Assembly (NCBI GenBank): GCA_965637545.1
Contig: OZ281499.1
Location: forward strand, 26,846,001-26,910,000
Source of the DNA: Phallusia mammillata
Lineage: Eukaryota
Length of the DNA: 64,000 nt
Reading direction: 5' to 3'
A program made the translations under genes and the position numbers. Below are positions 60,177 through 64,000 of the stretch, in pieces (the stretch's first letter is position 1; every line of letters starts with the position of its first letter). The notes under the pieces are model-generated. The model was not told the origin of the DNA and did no database searches. It saw only the letters and a list, made by a program, of their open reading frames with translations.

Positions 60177-61650
60177 CTTTTATGTTTATCAGATTTAAAC
60201 CTGCAATAAGCACAATTTTTTTTTATACTTTTGTAAGCTTCAAACATGCCTAATTTCCAAATTAAATTAAAGTCGTGAAGTTATTAGACAAAAAGGCTAA
60301 ATCCACACCAATAAAACTGAGGCTTTTTCCCTGCCCATCGTTGCAAATACACGACAAACTTCTTGCTGTTCCAAAAAATGTTATCTTGGAAGTTTAACTA
60401 CAAGTTTTTGCAGTGTAGCTGCAAGATCCGTTATTGTGACCTGCGCGTTTTGCACTTTATGTTGTTCTAATACTACACAACTATACTGGTTTGGTGACAA
60501 TTATGCCGCTACGATTTTGTACCACCCAAAATAAACTTATCATCAGTTTGTTTAAAGTTTTTAAATCGGCGAAGTTGATAAAACTGCCAACTGCATCAGC
60601 ACCAAGCAACCGCTTCAAACTGACGAGTTAAAATTAAACAAAGACTTTTGCAACCGCCACTGTCCTTAAAACATACGACAGAGAGTTTTCTCCCTTAACA
60701 ATTACTTTTCCGAAACCTTTGGAAACAATGAAAAAATGTGTTAACGTTTTCATCGAAACTATTCGTCAGCAAAATTTAGAACAACCTCTTCAAACTGACG
60801 GGTTAAAACTAAACAAAGACTTTTTTAACAGCCACTTTTCTTTAAACATACGGCAAACAGTTTTCCCTTAAAACAATTACTTTTTTCTAAAACTTTGGGA
60901 ACAATAAAAAAACATTTGCGTTGACATCTTAAGTTTCCATCAAAACTTTTCATCAGTAAAAAAACGTACGGTATGTTTTGCAACCAATGCAATTGCACAT
61001 AAAACAAGATAGTAAAGTCAACTTGTACATTTATTATACAGTTAAATCTTGCACAATGTCTAACCATGGGTTTTAATATTGTTTGATATTTGTGCAATAT
61101 CCCACAAATGCATGAACATTTGCTGATAAACTGATAATACCATTCCTTGGATCAATAAAAACACCAGCTAAATTTCACAGATTTTTGCATTTATTATACT
61201 CCAGTGAAAAGCAATCATTCTTGCATGTTGTCATGTAAAATCCATTGCTGGTTACATTTAAAGAAAACGACAACAATATTCAAATCCAGCGGATGCTTTG
61301 TCATTATCACTGCGATTTTCAACAACATTATCGCTTTGCGTCGTTTGTTTTGAGGACCCACTAGTACTTGGCGTAGTCATGGTTACAACTGACGGAGTCT
61401 GTATTGCAACGGTACGTTGTTTAGGCTTTTCTTTATCTTTAGATTTCGTTTTACTGCGCGTACCTTGGCTAACAGCCGATTTGATTACTTCGTGGAAACT
61501 TGGGTTATTCCCACAAGTTGCTTGGCGAATTGTTTTAGACAGTTTGACCGTTATTGATCATACACATTCAACAAAATACATGCAAGCAGTAATCAAACAA
61601 CAGCCAAGAATAATTTCAAATTCTGCTCACCTTTCGTGGGGCAGCTGAAA

Positions 61651-62289
61651 TTAGAATTCCTCAATCCTAGCAGTCTCCTCAGTTTCTGCAATCTCCTCGG
61701 TTTCTGCAATGTCCTCGGGTTCCACAGTTTGCTCGGGTTCAAAGATTATTGTCTGGATGGTGAAAATGTGTACACCTTCTCCTCTCTCAGCTGGGATTTC
61801 ACTTGCGTGATACACGAGAAGTAAATCAACGGTCTCGGAACGAATGGTGAGATCTTGTGTCCAAACTTCGGGAAGCACCAAACTTTGTGGGTACAAAGGT
61901 TTAGTAAATTGCCTTCGTAAGCTGCTTAACAACGCAGTGCTTATGTTGGTAAATTTACGTATAGCGTATAGATCGTGATAACGATCAGCCTCGTCTGGAT
62001 CTCTGATGATTAGTTGATTGAAGCTATACGTTGTGATGATATACCTTCGGTTGGTATTGAATGAACTTATTTGCACGGCAATGTCTTTAGTCAAAACACC
62101 TTCGATGAATTCTTCCCTAGGCGGGAGTTCAAAATAGTCTGCTAGAACAAACAGTCTAGCGCACCAGTCTCTGTATACGTTTCTGTAATAAACCAGCGGA
62201 CGGCGCGGTGGCACGCCAATCGGTATTACGTTGTGGTAGATAAAGGCTACCTGTACTTTCGTCCTCACTTTCAGAGTTTCCTTCATCAA
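61651..62289 (-). CDS. Orphan intronless 212-aa ORF of unknown function
   Basis: Longest non-repetitive ORF in the window, with protein-like composition and an acidic (AETEEI)-type tail; no family recognised. Confidence 0.35.
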   Translation of the reverse strand: MMKETLKVRTKVQVAFIYHNVIPIGVPPRRPLVYYRNVYRDWCARLFVLADYFELPPREEFIEGVLTKDIAVQISSFNTNRRYIITTYSFNQLIIRDPDEADRYHDLYAIRKFTNISTALLSSLRRQFTKPLYPQSLVLPEVWTQDLTIRSETVDLLLVYHASEIPAERGEGVHIFTIQTIIFEPEQTVEPEDIAETEEIAETEETARIEEF

Positions 62290-63605
62290 TCAATGTCATG
62301 AGTCTCGATCAACAAGGGTTTTGCACGTCAGTTTGTTTATTCAATCAACATGCTTATTCAAATAGAAGGTTTAAGAAACAAAACAAGTCGTTAGAAAGTA
62401 ATAATAACAACCTTTACTCATAATTTCAAGTTCTACTAGCAACAAACACATTACTCTAAAGCAACCATTTTGAACAGCAAGCAAATTAAGTTAACTGCTA
62501 TTGGGCTAAAACTGTTGTGACCAATTACATTAGCGGTGCGTTTTATCAATTCATAACACGTGGCAATAAACTGCACAACTATGCTCTGGCCATTGGCTCT
62601 TGCACAAATTTCCACAGAAAGTAACGTCCAATCACAACACGGTACAAAACATACGGTTAAAGCTCGCAAACACCAGATCACACAGTTGCATTTACATCCT
62701 AATTAACTGCGACAGGAAATATTACAAAGTCCGAACATGATTTGTCAATACAGTGGGATTTGGTTGCTATTCATTTTAACTTCCTCGCAGCCTTTCAGCT
62801 AGCGAGTCAAAACCGAGCTATTTTGGTAAACAATTATTGCAAAGTTTGCACAAATTATCTCGCAACCGCTACACGTGTAATCAGCGCCTTTTTCTGTTGC
62901 AGTTCGGTAGAGCTTTACACTTCTGATGTTGTGCGTTGTGTAAAACGTTTGCTGCCAGCGAAATCTTAATGCAGACTCATCAGACTAAGTGCTATATCTT
63001 ATGGATTCTGTACATAGGATTAAGCAAAGGTGTTGTTGTATAAAGCGTATGAAGCTGAACGAAGTTTAAATATAGACTCTGGCTTTTTATAGACTCAGGA
63101 AATCTGACACGTTTTATGTAATTGTTTCATCGTGCTTTAACTTTGGGTACATGCTTGATATATGATGTGTGACAAGGAACAAACGAATTCAAAATTAATA
63201 AAAGTTTCCTGACAGTTAAGAGTGGACCAGCTCCCTGGAAATTTGGTTTATTTCACGGGATGTTTAACTATTGGCACGGGAATACTTTTCGTTCAGCTTA
63301 TTTATTTGTGGCTATCAAACTCAGAAGTATGTCCTATCATCTACTTAAAATATTTTTTTGAAAATTTCGGAATGAAATCAGCATTCTTAATTTCTGCTGT
63401 TTTTTTTATTTTTTTCTATTTGTTCTTCCGAAATTCCAGCAGCACTCTTTGTGTAAGTCTTAGTGGAGAAGCAGCGTTTCCAACATTGATTCACTAAGTG
63501 TGCTCTCAACTTTTTTCCTTAATTTGCAAAATCAACTTTTATTTTTAAAATTATCTGAAGCATTGTCGCATCTGGATTTCGATTTCTGGTTTGTCCTCTG
63601 TCTTG

Positions 63606-64000
63606 TCAAATATCCCGACTGTTGAGTTCTTCCTCGAAATCTACACACACAAAATGTGAAGTAATATGTTCGAACCCGTGTCCATGCAGAAAATGTAACG
63701 TACTAGAATATTCTAATTGTATATTGCATAAGAAACATTTCGTTGGTGCAATACTCGACACGACTTTAATTAATTGATAATAATAAATGTTAATGCAACT
63801 TTTACATGTCGGACTTAGGTTTTCACATTTAAAATATTGGGTTATTCTAAGTGTATATTGTATAATAAACATTTTGTTTTTGTTGGTGCAATATTTAACC
63901 ATATTTAGCTTTATCAAAATAATTGCAAACGCCTCCTTTAATATGCCGAAATCAGGTTTTAACAATTCTTAACCTTCAAGAAGATCTTCCAACATTTTCA
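63606..64000 (-). CDS. Subtype B copy B5, partial (exon 3 at 63640-63606 and 3' part of exon 2 ending at 63974); the rest lies outside the window
   Basis: Exon 3 DFEEELNSRDI*; exon 2 tail KMLEDLLE with donor G|GTTAAG; intron homologous to B2. Confidence 0.65.

Noticed and set aside
62942-62993. Hammerhead-like CTGATGA-GTCTGC...GCAGC-AAACGTT on the minus strand
   Set aside because: The G12 of the GAAA core and part of stem II are missing, so it is at most a decayed relic.

Overview
AT-rich eukaryotic genomic DNA with short spliceosomal introns. It looks like an invertebrate animal; a tunicate is plausible but is only an inference. Two interleaved, tandemly and invertedly duplicated multigene families dominate the window, and the ORF track mostly misses both because they are spliced. 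(1) I reconstructed by hand 19 loci of a three-exon secreted prepropeptide family. Exon 1 encodes a signal peptide plus a variable, usually Lys-rich segment ending ...NG|G. Exon 2 is acidic, usually with an [IV]-[PA]-W-[DE] motif. Exon 3 is a short tail. Intron phases are always 2 then 1. I call the subtypes A-E. About 11 copies look intact, two carry a coding 15-nt minisatellite (K-S-[FS]-P-[IKT] x71 and x79), and several are pseudogenes or exon-swapped chimeras. (2) A family of genes encoding three Ly6/uPAR (LU, three-finger) domains, a Thr-rich stalk and a GPI-type signal: one intact copy (35201-37573) plus several disrupted ones. Between the genes are many mobile elements with readable TIRs/TSDs: CACTA-like, Chapaev3-like, P-like, hAT Buster/Charlie and hAT MITEs. 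There are also Gypsy gag remnants with ~100-bp LTRs and a tRNA-Trp PBS, a Penelope GIY-YIG fragment, minimal hammerhead-ribozyme motifs, a tRNA-derived SINE-like cassette, and one orphan 212-aa ORF. All gene models are manual splice reconstructions without transcript evidence.
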